64,000 bases of DNA from Candidatus Woesearchaeota archaeon. GTDB lineage: Archaea; Nanobdellota; Nanobdellia; Woesearchaeales; UBA10216. Under the pieces are notes generated by a model. That model worked only from the letters and a program-made list of their open reading frames with translations, ran no database searches and was not told the DNA's origin. The position numbers and the translations under genes are program-made. The stretch is from NCBI GenBank assembly GCA_016192945.1, contig JACPTE010000021.1, positions 3,989 through 67,988 on the forward strand. Reading direction: 5' to 3'. Position 1 is the stretch's first letter. Each line of letters begins with the position of its first letter. Of the stretch, positions 45,523-54,870 are shown in pieces.

Positions 45523-46361
45523 TGTTTGAGTTTGGCTGCCATGAATAGGTTGTCCCCCATTCCAAATAATTCTATTGTTTTGAATACCGCATTTTTCAGC
45601 GCACTTATTATTGGGTTGATTGCTCCATGGTCCAGGCTTTTGACTTCTGCTGATATAACTTTGAATCCAATTTCCTCAAGCATTGCTTTCAGCGTTTCAG
45701 GAGTGAATTGCCATACGTGCCCATCCATCTGGAGCCCGTACCATTTGCCTTTCAGGACTTTTGGTAGAAGCCCTCCAAAATTAGGCACGGACACTATAAG
45801 CACTCCGTCACTCTTTAGCTTTTTTCTTGCATGCTCAAGGAACGGCTGTGGGTTGACTACGTGCTCAAGTATGTGTATTGCAGCTATCACATCATATTCC
45901 CTGTCACGCATTTCTGCATTGAGAAAGTCTGTGCTGTAAACTTTGAGCTTTCTCTTGCTTATCGCATAGTTTGCGGTTGTCTTGTCAACTTCAACGCCTT
46001 CGCATTCAAACCCGATTTTTTTGCAGGCTATCATGAAGTGGCCTGCTCCACACCCCACGTCAAGGATTTTCCCGCTTTTTTTGAATTTCTTTACAAAGCT
46101 GATGCTCAGCTTGTCCATTTCTGAAATCCTGTCCTCATCAACAGTGTCTGAAAACTTGAATTCGCTGTAGATTTTTGCCACCTGGTGCATGTCTGATGTG
46201 GCGTCGTCTTCAAATGGCAGGGGATATGTCCTTGCAAGCCTGCATTTTGTGCATTCAAGCACTTTTCCAGGGAACTTCTTCTTTTTCAGGTCATGATAGA
46301 ATTCTGTCTCTAACAGGACCTTGTATTCTTCGTTCCCGCAGAAGCATTTTGTGAATTTCGT
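45519..46361 (-). CDS. Class I SAM methyltransferase with an N-terminal Zn ribbon; probable ACG start
   Basis: ILDVGCGAG, HILEH, VPN; the frame extends 33 codons upstream of the listed GTG to ACG-AAA-TTC-ACA-AAA-TGC-TTC-TGC, just after a GGTGA RBS. Confidence 0.8.
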   Translation of the reverse strand, partial: TKFTKCFCGNEEYKVLLETEFYHDLKKKKFPGKVLECTKCRLARTYPLPFEDDATSDMHQVAKIYSEFKFSDTVDEDRISEMDKLSISFVKKFKKSGKILDVGCGAGHFMIACKKIGFECEGVEVDKTTANYAISKRKLKVYSTDFLNAEMRDREYDVIAAIHILEHVVNPQPFLEHARKKLKSDGVLIVSVPNFGGLLPKVLKGKWYGLQMDGHVWQFTPETLKAMLEEIGFKVISAEVKSLDHGAINPIISALKNAVFKTIELFGMGDNLFMAAKLKQ

Positions 46362-46365
46362 GGTA

Positions 46366-47859
46366 TCACCTTCTCATGATGTTCCTGATTTCGTCAATCT
46401 TGAGGCCGCCTATCGCGTACAGGATTCCCAGGTAAATGGCCATGCTCACTCCGCTTATGACTGCCAGCTCAATTATCGGGCTTCCTGAGCTTACGAGGCT
46501 TTTTATGTAAAGTGCAGGCAAAAGCATTATTGCCCCTGCTATTGCTGGCTTTGCAAGAATTGAAAAGTTCAGTGTGAACCCTTTTTTTGCAGAAAAGTAT
46601 ATGAGCATCAGGAAGACTATTAGCTCGGTTATTACAAGGGAGGCTGCTGTTCCTGCAGGGCCGAATTTCGGGATTAGGGCTATGTTCAGAACGATGTTTG
46701 CTATCAGCCCTGTTCCTGTTGCCATCATGAACAGCTTTTGGTATCCGATTGAGTTCAGTAGGTATCCGCAAAGGTAGCTTACAAAGATTATTACTTCAGC
46801 CCAGATTATTATCTGGAGTATGAAGGCTGAGCCTGAAAATTCAGGGCCGTACAGCAGCAGAATCACTTTGTCAGCAAGGATGGTTGTGAGGATTCCGATT
46901 GGTATGGCAGTTATGAACAGGTATTTGAATGCTATATTGAAGATGCCTTTCAGCTCTTCCTTTAAGGCTGAAAGCCTTGACATTGTTGGGAACGCAGCCA
47001 CGACTACAGATGCAGGAACAAAATAGAGAGCGTCAAGAAGATTGTGCGCTGCATTGTACTGCCCGACTACAGAATAGTTGGTGAAGAATGAAAGGAGTAT
47101 TGTGTCCAGCCTGTTGTATGATGTTATGAATATTGTTGTTATGAGGAATGGTGCGCCTTCTGCAAAAAGCCTTTTCCACACATTGATGTCGAATGCTATT
47201 TTCAGCGGGAAGAATTTTTTCAGGGTTATTATGAACAGGTATGAGAATGTCATCGTGTAGGAGAAAGCAAATGCCAGCATTAGCGCTATTACTTTCCCTC
47301 CAAGCAGCAGGGCAATTATTCCGAATGTTGTTGTTATTATTCTTTCCAAGACAATTGATATTGAGCTGTATTCAAGCTGCTCATTTGCAGTGAACAGGGT
47401 TGTGAATGCTCCTGACAAGTCAAGCAAAAAGCTGGCGAATGCAATTATCCACACAGCAACAAGTGCTTCGTGAGTCTTTGTTACAAAGAATGACAGGATA
47501 AGCGCTATTAGAAGGCTTGTAAGCCCAAGGGTTATCTTTATGGTGAAAAAATTGTAAAATGTTTTTTTTGCCTGCTCCAGCTTTGGATTGTGTTTTTCAT
47601 TCTTGTTCTTTGCCTTGGCCAGCCGTATTTCTTCCTTGCTTTTTGCCAGCTCCCTCACAACAAGCTGCCCTATTCCAAAGTCTCCAAGAAGTCCTGCAAG
47701 GCCAATAAAAGCAAATGCGAAAGAGTAAACCCCCATTCCCTCTTGCCCGAGCTGGCGGGCTATGACAGTAATCAGCAGTATTGACAGCGCTCTCCCTATC
47801 AATCCTGCCACGAACAGGGCGGTTGTGTTTTTTGCTATGGTCTTTGCAGAATCAGCCAT
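46366..47859 (-). CDS. Wzx/MOP-family oligosaccharide flippase
   Basis: IAKNT, ARQLG...G.Y, DFG....VRE, D.ILL......VG.Y.AA; ~14 TM helices. Confidence 0.9.
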   Translation of the reverse strand: MADSAKTIAKNTTALFVAGLIGRALSILLITVIARQLGQEGMGVYSFAFAFIGLAGLLGDFGIGQLVVRELAKSKEEIRLAKAKNKNEKHNPKLEQAKKTFYNFFTIKITLGLTSLLIALILSFFVTKTHEALVAVWIIAFASFLLDLSGAFTTLFTANEQLEYSSISIVLERIITTTFGIIALLLGGKVIALMLAFAFSYTMTFSYLFIITLKKFFPLKIAFDINVWKRLFAEGAPFLITTIFITSYNRLDTILLSFFTNYSVVGQYNAAHNLLDALYFVPASVVVAAFPTMSRLSALKEELKGIFNIAFKYLFITAIPIGILTTILADKVILLLYGPEFSGSAFILQIIIWAEVIIFVSYLCGYLLNSIGYQKLFMMATGTGLIANIVLNIALIPKFGPAGTAASLVITELIVFLMLIYFSAKKGFTLNFSILAKPAIAGAIMLLPALYIKSLVSSGSPIIELAVISGVSMAIYLGILYAIGGLKIDEIRNIMRR

Positions 47860-48015
47860 CTGTCTGGTGTTCAGAATAATACTTTATAAACATTTTGAAA
47901 TCATAGCACAACCTATTTATAATTGTTTTTTTTAATAGGAATAATGCCAGAGTACGTATATAAGTCAGGCAGGGTATCATTTTCTTCAGGCAGGCTTAAG
48001 CGCTTTCCTGCAACC

Positions 48016-48720
48016 ATGCAGGTTTCTGTTATAATCCCCACTTATAATGAGGAGTCCAACATAGAGCGCCTTGTAAAATCTCTCTCATCCGCCTTGAGGG
48101 GATTTGATTATGAGATTGTGGTGGTTGATGACGCCTCAAGGGACAGGACTCCTGAAATAATAGACAGGCTTTCATTATCCGGCAGGGTTTCAGCCCTTCA
48201 CAGGGAGGGGGTTAAGGGTATTTTCTCTGCATTGATTGATGGGGTAAGGGTTGCCAGGGGCAATTATATCGTAATAATGGATGCTGATTTTTCGCATCCC
48301 CCTGAGTATGTTCCTGTTCTGGTCAGGGAAGCTGTTAAAAGCGGCTGTGACATTGTTGCTGGCTCAAGGTTCCTGAGGGGCTCTGTTTTCATTGCCCCTT
48401 TTGCCCGGAGGGTTTTTCCAACTCTTCTTAATGCCCTGTGCAGGTTTATCCTTGGGATTAAGGTTACTGATGTCTTCACTGGCTTTCATGCGATGAAAAA
48501 GGAAAGGTTCCTTCAGATAAGGTTCAGGTATCCGAGCGAGTGGGGGGAGTTTGACATGGAACTCCTGTTCAAGGCACAGGGGATGGGTTTCAGCATGAAG
48601 GATGTGCCTTTTAGTTACAGGTACAGGGAGAGGGGTGTTTCCAAGTCATCTGGAATGAAGATAGTGCGGTATGCTTTTGTCTATTTGAGGCGGGCTATTC
48701 AGCTCAGGGTTTTCGGATAG
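48016..48720 (+). CDS. Polyprenol-phosphate mannose synthase-like GT2
   Basis: IIPTYNE, VDDAS.D.T, MDADFSHPP, GSRF, D...GF. Confidence 0.88.
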   Translation: MQVSVIIPTYNEESNIERLVKSLSSALRGFDYEIVVVDDASRDRTPEIIDRLSLSGRVSALHREGVKGIFSALIDGVRVARGNYIVIMDADFSHPPEYVPVLVREAVKSGCDIVAGSRFLRGSVFIAPFARRVFPTLLNALCRFILGIKVTDVFTGFHAMKKERFLQIRFRYPSEWGEFDMELLFKAQGMGFSMKDVPFSYRYRERGVSKSSGMKIVRYAFVYLRRAIQLRVFG

Positions 48721-48755
48721 AAAAGATTAATAACTAAGATTTCTGGAGTGGGCTT

Positions 48756-50180
48756 ATGCTTATGGTTAAAAGGGCTCAGGTTTCGCTTTTTATTGTGATT
48801 GGCCTTCTGGTGTTGCTGCTTGGGGGCTTGCTTGTTGCTTTGCAAAGGAATAATCTTTCTGAAAAGGCAGGGCTTGACCAGTTGGCTCTTCGCCAGGGCA
48901 GCCTGATGGTTGAGAATTATGTTGATTCCTGCCTTGAAGCCAGCCTCCTGAAGGCAGAGGCGCTGGGTTTAAAGGCAGAGCTCAGGCAGGCTCAGGAAAA
49001 GCTGATTGATGCCGAGCTCAGTAAGTGCACTGACTTTTCATCGTTGAATGATAAGGGCATAAGTGTTTCCCGCGGTGATGTAAAGACTGATGTATACTTA
49101 TCAGGCAGCGCATTTGGAGCTTATGCAAGATACCCAATCACCCTTTCAATGGAGGGACAGAAGGTTGGTGTTGAGGATTTCACATCTGAATTGAGACTGG
49201 AGACCCTGATTCCCCTTGACCAGGATGAAAATGGGCTGAAGGCTGAGAAGAATGTTGTCAGCAGCGATAAGAGGGTTGAGCTTAGGATTCCGGAAGGGGT
49301 GCTCATAACCAAAGGCGGCAGATTGCTGGACAAGATAAGTATAAAGTCCCTTGATAAGCCTGAAATCAGCTCTCCCTCTGAAGCTGTCGTAGGCAACCTC
49401 ATCTATGGCGGCTATCCTGATGAGGCTGAATTTGATGGTGATGTGGAGCTTACCATTCATTATGATGGCGATAATCTGGCTTTGTCAGAAAGCGGCTTGT
49501 TTGTAGCATACTATGATAAGGAGTCTGGGCTGTGGAAATACCTTTATAGCATGCCTGATTTGAAGAACAACAGGATTACCGCGAAAATAAGGCATTTCTC
49601 TGAGTTTGCTGTGGTGCATCTTCTGGTGGGAGAGGGGTTTTCCCAGTCTGGAAGCATTTATTCAAATACGCGGGTTGCCATCCCCGGCTCAGGGTTTGTT
49701 GATGTTTCAGATGCAGCGGAATGCTATCCTTATCCAATTCAGGCATTCCCTGTTTTGGGTGATTCATGGTTTTACAACGACTGGAGGGAGGACAGGTCTC
49801 AGGGTAAGGGCGCTCATGAGGGAACAGACATCTTAACCCCTTCAGAGGGAAGCCCTGTAGTTGCTGTTGTCCCCGGCTCTGTCAGGAGGCGCTATTGTGA
49901 TTCCCTCGGCGGGAATGCCCTGGAGCTTCTCGGAGATAGCGGAGCTGTTTATTATTATGCACATCTCAGTTCATACGGTCAGTTTTCAGAGGGGCAGCGG
50001 GTGAGGGCTGGCGATATTCTCGGGTATTCAGGCACTACAATCGGCTGCAGCTGCTCAGGGCTGTTGTGCGGCATTTCAGGGCAGACTGTGCCTCATCTTC
50101 ATTTCGGGATTTACGTGAACTGGAAGGCGCAGAATCCTTACTGCGCTCTGAGAGGCTTTAAGAAAGGCAGCGTGAAATAG
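48756..50180 (+). CDS. Surface protein with a class III (prepilin-like) signal peptide and a C-terminal M23 metallopeptidase
   Basis: KRAQ|VSLFIVIGLL; HFSEFA beta domain; HEGTD, GGN, YYYAHL, G.SG, PHLHF, NPY. Confidence 0.88.
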   Translation: MLMVKRAQVSLFIVIGLLVLLLGGLLVALQRNNLSEKAGLDQLALRQGSLMVENYVDSCLEASLLKAEALGLKAELRQAQEKLIDAELSKCTDFSSLNDKGISVSRGDVKTDVYLSGSAFGAYARYPITLSMEGQKVGVEDFTSELRLETLIPLDQDENGLKAEKNVVSSDKRVELRIPEGVLITKGGRLLDKISIKSLDKPEISSPSEAVVGNLIYGGYPDEAEFDGDVELTIHYDGDNLALSESGLFVAYYDKESGLWKYLYSMPDLKNNRITAKIRHFSEFAVVHLLVGEGFSQSGSIYSNTRVAIPGSGFVDVSDAAECYPYPIQAFPVLGDSWFYNDWREDRSQGKGAHEGTDILTPSEGSPVVAVVPGSVRRRYCDSLGGNALELLGDSGAVYYYAHLSSYGQFSEGQRVRAGDILGYSGTTIGCSCSGLLCGISGQTVPHLHFGIYVNWKAQNPYCALRGFKKGSVK

Positions 50181-50185
50181 CCTGC

Positions 50186-50701
50186 TCATCGCCTGTGAGG
50201 CTTTGCCATTCCTGTAAGCCTGAGAACTTCTGGCGTGTCTTCTGCTGCAAATGCTGATATGTGGACTGTTTCAGCCGGGTATGCTTGTTTCCAGCCTTTT
50301 CCTGCCAGCGCATCATCACTGAGTAGCATTGCAAGCTCTCCTGAGCCTGGTTGTGGCATCTCGTCTTGGTTATAAGGCCTGTTTATGGCCTGGTATTTGT
50401 CTATTAGCTGCAGGGTTTGCAGGTCTGAAAGCGTGAATCCTGAGGGGTTGGGAGTGAACATGAGCGTTAATATCCCGTCATATGCGGTTACTTTTTCCAT
50501 TACAACACGCGGCCCGTCTTGTCCGTTTCTGTATATCTGGCAGAGCCTTATGGCTGAGTATAAGTCTGGTGTTTTCCTTAAATTAAGCCCTATTCCCTCA
50601 AGCTCTGATGCGCTCAGCCCCTTATTTGGGAATATGTACTTGTCAGTCCTTTCATCCGCTTCAAGCACTACAACCCTGTATTCCAGATTTTGACCTTGCA
50701 T
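50186..50701 (-). CDS. Hypothetical protein
   Basis: 171-aa ORF with a TATA-like element upstream; no recognisable motif. Confidence 0.5.
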   Translation of the reverse strand: MQGQNLEYRVVVLEADERTDKYIFPNKGLSASELEGIGLNLRKTPDLYSAIRLCQIYRNGQDGPRVVMEKVTAYDGILTLMFTPNPSGFTLSDLQTLQLIDKYQAINRPYNQDEMPQPGSGELAMLLSDDALAGKGWKQAYPAETVHISAFAAEDTPEVLRLTGMAKPHRR

Positions 50702-50834
50702 AGTATTCTTCGGGTAAGCTCTGCTTTTATAAACCTTTCTATGGTGACCACTGAAAAGTGACTATTCTTTGCTGTAGATTCTGGCCGGTTCGCTTTCCAA
50801 AAACTTTTTAAACAATTTAGCCATGCCTGCTGCC

Positions 50835-51929
50835 ATGGCGGATTTCATTCCGGTTTATGAGCCTGTTCTTGGCGGGAATGAGAAGAAATATGTCTTGGAT
50901 TGCCTGGAAACAGGCTGGATTTCTTCCCTGGGCAAGTATGTTCCTGAGTTTGAGCAGGAGTTCAGCTCTTTTTGCAGCAGGAAGTTTGGGGTTTCTGTTG
51001 CCAACGGGACTGTTGCGCTTCAGCTTGCCTTGATGGCACTGGATATCAGGGAGGGTGATGAGGTGATAGTTCCTGATTTGACTTTTGTTGCGACTGCAAA
51101 TGCTGTGAGCTACACAGGCGCCAAGCCGGTGTTTGTTGATTCTGAGCCTGATACGTGGAACATGGACCCCTCAAGGATTGAGGAAAAGATAACAAAAAAG
51201 ACCAAAGCAATCATTCCAGTAAGCCTTTTTGGGCACCCCTGCGATATGGACCCTATCCTTGAAATAGCAAAGGACCACGAGCTGTTTGTGATTGAGGACG
51301 CTGCAGAGGCTCATGGCTCCGAGTATAAGGGAAGGAAGTCAGGCAGCTTCGGGGATGTGAGCTGCTTCTCATTTTACGGCAACAAGATAATAACAACAGG
51401 AGAGGGCGGGATGTGCGTTACTGACAATGAGAAGCTGGCGAATGAAATGCGCTTCCTTAAGGACCACGGCATGAGCAGCGAGAAGCGCTACTGGCACTCA
51501 AAGGTCGGCTTCAATTTCAGGATGACCAATATCCAGGCAGCCATAGGTGTTGCCCAGCTTGAGCAGATTGGCAAGTTTATAGAATCAAAGAGGAAGATTG
51601 CCAGGCAGTACAACTCGCTGCTGAAGGATGTCAAGGGAATCTCTCTGCCCCCTGAGATGCCCTGGGCAAAGAGTGTTTACTGGATGTATTCCATCCTTGT
51701 TGGCGATGATTATGGCATGTCAAGGGATGAGCTTGCAGCCAGGCTCAAGGCAGCCAAAATTGACTCAAGGCCATTCTTCTATCCGATGCACCAGCTCCCG
51801 ATGTACAAGTCAGAGAGGCAGTTCCCTGTCGCTGAGAGGCTTTCAGCCCAGGGGCTTAACCTTCCCTCCTCTCCAATGCTTTCAAAGGAGGACATTGAAA
51901 GGATTTGCAGGGTTATTGCTGAAAAGTGA
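50835..51929 (+). CDS. DegT family aminotransferase (perosamine synthase-like), second copy
   Basis: NGTVAL, EDAAEAHG, SFYGNKIITTGEGG, NFRMTNIQAA. Confidence 0.93.
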   Translation: MADFIPVYEPVLGGNEKKYVLDCLETGWISSLGKYVPEFEQEFSSFCSRKFGVSVANGTVALQLALMALDIREGDEVIVPDLTFVATANAVSYTGAKPVFVDSEPDTWNMDPSRIEEKITKKTKAIIPVSLFGHPCDMDPILEIAKDHELFVIEDAAEAHGSEYKGRKSGSFGDVSCFSFYGNKIITTGEGGMCVTDNEKLANEMRFLKDHGMSSEKRYWHSKVGFNFRMTNIQAAIGVAQLEQIGKFIESKRKIARQYNSLLKDVKGISLPPEMPWAKSVYWMYSILVGDDYGMSRDELAARLKAAKIDSRPFFYPMHQLPMYKSERQFPVAERLSAQGLNLPSSPMLSKEDIERICRVIAEK

Positions 51930-51963
51930 TTTCTGCAAACTTTTATATATCTTGAATTGTTGA

Positions 51964-52836
51964 TTGAATCCAATGTGGCCTGAAATTAGAGTGGGGGATT
52001 TAAAGAAGCTCAATCAGAAAGTATTGCTTGCCGAGTTGTTTCTGATTATAGCCGGAGTCTGGGCTGTGACTTATTTTCCACAGCTTGACAAGCAGCTTTT
52101 TCCATTGAGCAATGGGCCTGGGCCTTTGACTTTTTTGACTGTTGGGCTGCTTTTCACTCTGGTAACCGTTATTATTCTCTATTTATTTTACAGGTCAAAT
52201 AAGCTCTCTCTTTTCTTTTTTATTTCCACAGTTCTGTATAGCGCGTTAATAATCGGAGTGAGATTCATTCTTTCGCCCTTGGGAGTTTATGAATACAACA
52301 AGGTGTCTTCATTCAGCTGTAACTTCGGTGGTTTAGATACTTGGCTGCTTTCTTCAGGATTGGTGTTCATCCTTTACTTTTCTGTTTTCCTTGTATTTTA
52401 CCTGTATTATAGAAGAAAGTCAGGAGAATTATCTGGAGGCAATGTTGAACAGGGCTTTTTTAAGAGGCATTCTACCATGAGCCTGTTGCTGGTTGTAGGG
52501 CTTCTTGTCCTGATGGGGGCTGTTGTGTTCTTTCCGATAATACTGCTTCCATTTTTGTTTATAGTCTTGTTGGGTGGTGTGATGGAGTATATGCTCGTAG
52601 TGATGTCGGTTTCAACCGGGCTGTTTATCTCTTTGTCTTTGCTTGGCGCTATTCTTTTCCTGAGGGCGGCTTATAAGGATGCGGCAAATCAGGCAGCTAT
52701 TATTAAGGATGCTGGCATTTTGACAGGGTTTTTCTGGATTGGGGCCTCTCTGTTGGCTATTTATTCTGGGCTGTGGGTTTTGTATATGCTGACTATTGTA
52801 TCTCTTTGGCCCCTTAAGACATTCTGTGGAAAATGA
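51964..52836 (+). CDS. Hypothetical polytopic membrane protein
   Basis: ~7 TM helices; overlaps the UbiA gene (ATGA). Confidence 0.7.
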   Translation: MNPMWPEIRVGDLKKLNQKVLLAELFLIIAGVWAVTYFPQLDKQLFPLSNGPGPLTFLTVGLLFTLVTVIILYLFYRSNKLSLFFFISTVLYSALIIGVRFILSPLGVYEYNKVSSFSCNFGGLDTWLLSSGLVFILYFSVFLVFYLYYRRKSGELSGGNVEQGFFKRHSTMSLLLVVGLLVLMGAVVFFPIILLPFLFIVLLGGVMEYMLVVMSVSTGLFISLSLLGAILFLRAAYKDAANQAAIIKDAGILTGFFWIGASLLAIYSGLWVLYMLTIVSLWPLKTFCGK

Positions 52837-53813
52837 TTAAGCACTTGAGGCTTTATTTTGTAATGCTCCGTTACCGTGTTGCATTGATGCTCCTGATATT
52901 CATGTTTATTGGGGTGGCTATGCATAATAATTTTTCAACTTTCAGTTATAAGTACTTGTTGGCATCTTTGTCCCTGTTATCAGGGTATGTTGCTGCCACT
53001 ACTGTCAATGATGTTGCAGACAGGAGAATTGACAAGATAAATCATCCAGGCAATAAGGGAAGGCCTCTTGTAACTGGTGAGGCTTCATCAAAGGAGCTGT
53101 ATGAGCTTAATGTGGCTGCTGCTTTGCTCTCCCTTCTATTGGCCTTTTTGGTGAATGTGACTGCCCTCCTGGTTGCTGTAGGCTCATTAGTAATATGCTA
53201 CATTTATTCCATGAGCCCTTTCAAGTTATCACACAGGACTCATTGGGCTCATTTAATCCTTACAATAGCTTATGTGGCTGTTCCTTATGGTATGGGGGTC
53301 GTAGCATCAGGCTCGTCGTTTGGATTGTCCGATGCCCTGATGGTTGCCCCTTTGATGCTCTTGTTCTTTGGCAGGATATTGATGAAGGATTTCAGGGATA
53401 GGGCAGGGGATTCCAAGTATCATAAGCCAACTTTTTTGCTGGTGTATGGAAAAAATGCCACTTGTATTATTGGGACTCTGTTTGTCATTATTGGAAACAT
53501 TCTTCTTTTCTTTGCTTTAAGGCAGGAAAATTTTTGGGTTCTGCTGTTTCTTCAGGCTTATTTTCTTTCAATCTATCTTATGGGTTTCAGGTTGTGGAGG
53601 GCTGAAAGCTACAATTTGGAGCAGGAATCAATTGGTATTGGGGCGAAGATGGGCAATGGGCTGTTATTATCCCTGCTTGCATTGCTTATGTTGAGGAACC
53701 AGCCTGTGAGTAGCTTGATTTTAGTTGAAGGGCTTATCGCAATTGGTTTCCTTGCCAGCTTCATTCTCCTGTTAAGGAATCCTGAATATGCTGCCGGGGG
53801 CTATAAGGGTTGA
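52833..53813 (+). CDS. UbiA-superfamily prenyltransferase
   Basis: NDVAD..ID..N...RP, YS..P, KDFRD..GD. Confidence 0.88.
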   Translation: MIKHLRLYFVMLRYRVALMLLIFMFIGVAMHNNFSTFSYKYLLASLSLLSGYVAATTVNDVADRRIDKINHPGNKGRPLVTGEASSKELYELNVAAALLSLLLAFLVNVTALLVAVGSLVICYIYSMSPFKLSHRTHWAHLILTIAYVAVPYGMGVVASGSSFGLSDALMVAPLMLLFFGRILMKDFRDRAGDSKYHKPTFLLVYGKNATCIIGTLFVIIGNILLFFALRQENFWVLLFLQAYFLSIYLMGFRLWRAESYNLEQESIGIGAKMGNGLLLSLLALLMLRNQPVSSLILVEGLIAIGFLASFILLLRNPEYAAGGYKG

Positions 53814-54850
53814 AAGGGTATTTCAACAAGGTTGTGCCGTTGATTGAGGCTGAGATAAACAGGTTTCTGCCTGTTGACGCTTCAGATTCTTGGGTCAGGT
53901 ATATTGCTGGCGGTTATGGGCTTGATAAATCCATTGTGAGTCGGGCTTTCAGCGAGCCTTTTCATGAGCTGTTTGGGAGGGGCGGCAAGAGGTTGAGGCC
54001 TGTTCTGGCTTGCCTTACGCATGACGCACTTGATGGCAGTTGCCCTGTTATTTACAGGCTTGCAGCAATCCCTGAGCTGATGCATACCGGCTCGCTGATA
54101 ATAGATGACATAGAGGACAGGTCATCATTAAGGCGAGGGAAGAGGGCTATCCATGAGATGTATGGTACAGCACTGTCAATAAACCACGGCAATTTCCTGT
54201 ATTTTTATCCCATGCTTGCAATCAGGGATTGCGGGCTGGCTGTTCAGGTTAGGGAAAAGTTGTATGAGGTGGTTGCTGAGGAGTCTGTAAGGCTTCACGT
54301 TGGGCAGGGTGCTGACATTTATTGGAGCGGGAACAGGTCTTATGATGTTTCTGTTGGGGATTACCTGCAGATGTGCGCATTGAAGTCAGGCTCAATGGTT
54401 TCGCTCTCCATGAAGATAGGCGCTATAGCTGCAGACGCGCAGGATGATGTTCTGGTTAAATTGGGTAGTATTGCGGGCTCCCTGGGTGTTGCCTTCCAGG
54501 TGAGGGATGATGTCCTTAACCTGAGTTCTTCCAGGGGTTTGGGCAAGGATTTCGGAGAGGACATCACTGAGGGAAAGTTGACGTATCCTGTAATACACGC
54601 CCTTTCAAGCGCCAGCGCCTCTGGCAGGGCGAGCCTGTTAAAAATCCTTGCAGCAGGAACAAAGGACGCCAGCAGGATAAGGGATGCGGTTTCCATAATG
54701 GAGGATTGCGGCGCCTTTGCTGCTGCTGACAGGCTCTCAAGGGGCCTGATAAGGGATGCTAAGTCTGTTGCAGGCGAGGTTTTTCACGACTCTGAATTCA
54801 GGGGCGTGCTTATGCAGGTTCTTGATTATTCTGTTGAAAGGGAAAATTAG
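53810..54850 (+). CDS. trans-polyprenyl diphosphate (GGPP-like) synthase
   Basis: GGKRLRP, LIIDDIED.S.LRRG, GQ..D, FQVRDD, EGK.T. Confidence 0.92.
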   Translation: MKGYFNKVVPLIEAEINRFLPVDASDSWVRYIAGGYGLDKSIVSRAFSEPFHELFGRGGKRLRPVLACLTHDALDGSCPVIYRLAAIPELMHTGSLIIDDIEDRSSLRRGKRAIHEMYGTALSINHGNFLYFYPMLAIRDCGLAVQVREKLYEVVAEESVRLHVGQGADIYWSGNRSYDVSVGDYLQMCALKSGSMVSLSMKIGAIAADAQDDVLVKLGSIAGSLGVAFQVRDDVLNLSSSRGLGKDFGEDITEGKLTYPVIHALSSASASGRASLLKILAAGTKDASRIRDAVSIMEDCGAFAAADRLSRGLIRDAKSVAGEVFHDSEFRGVLMQVLDYSVEREN

Positions 54851-54870
54851 GTTTACGAAGTATGGCTGTT

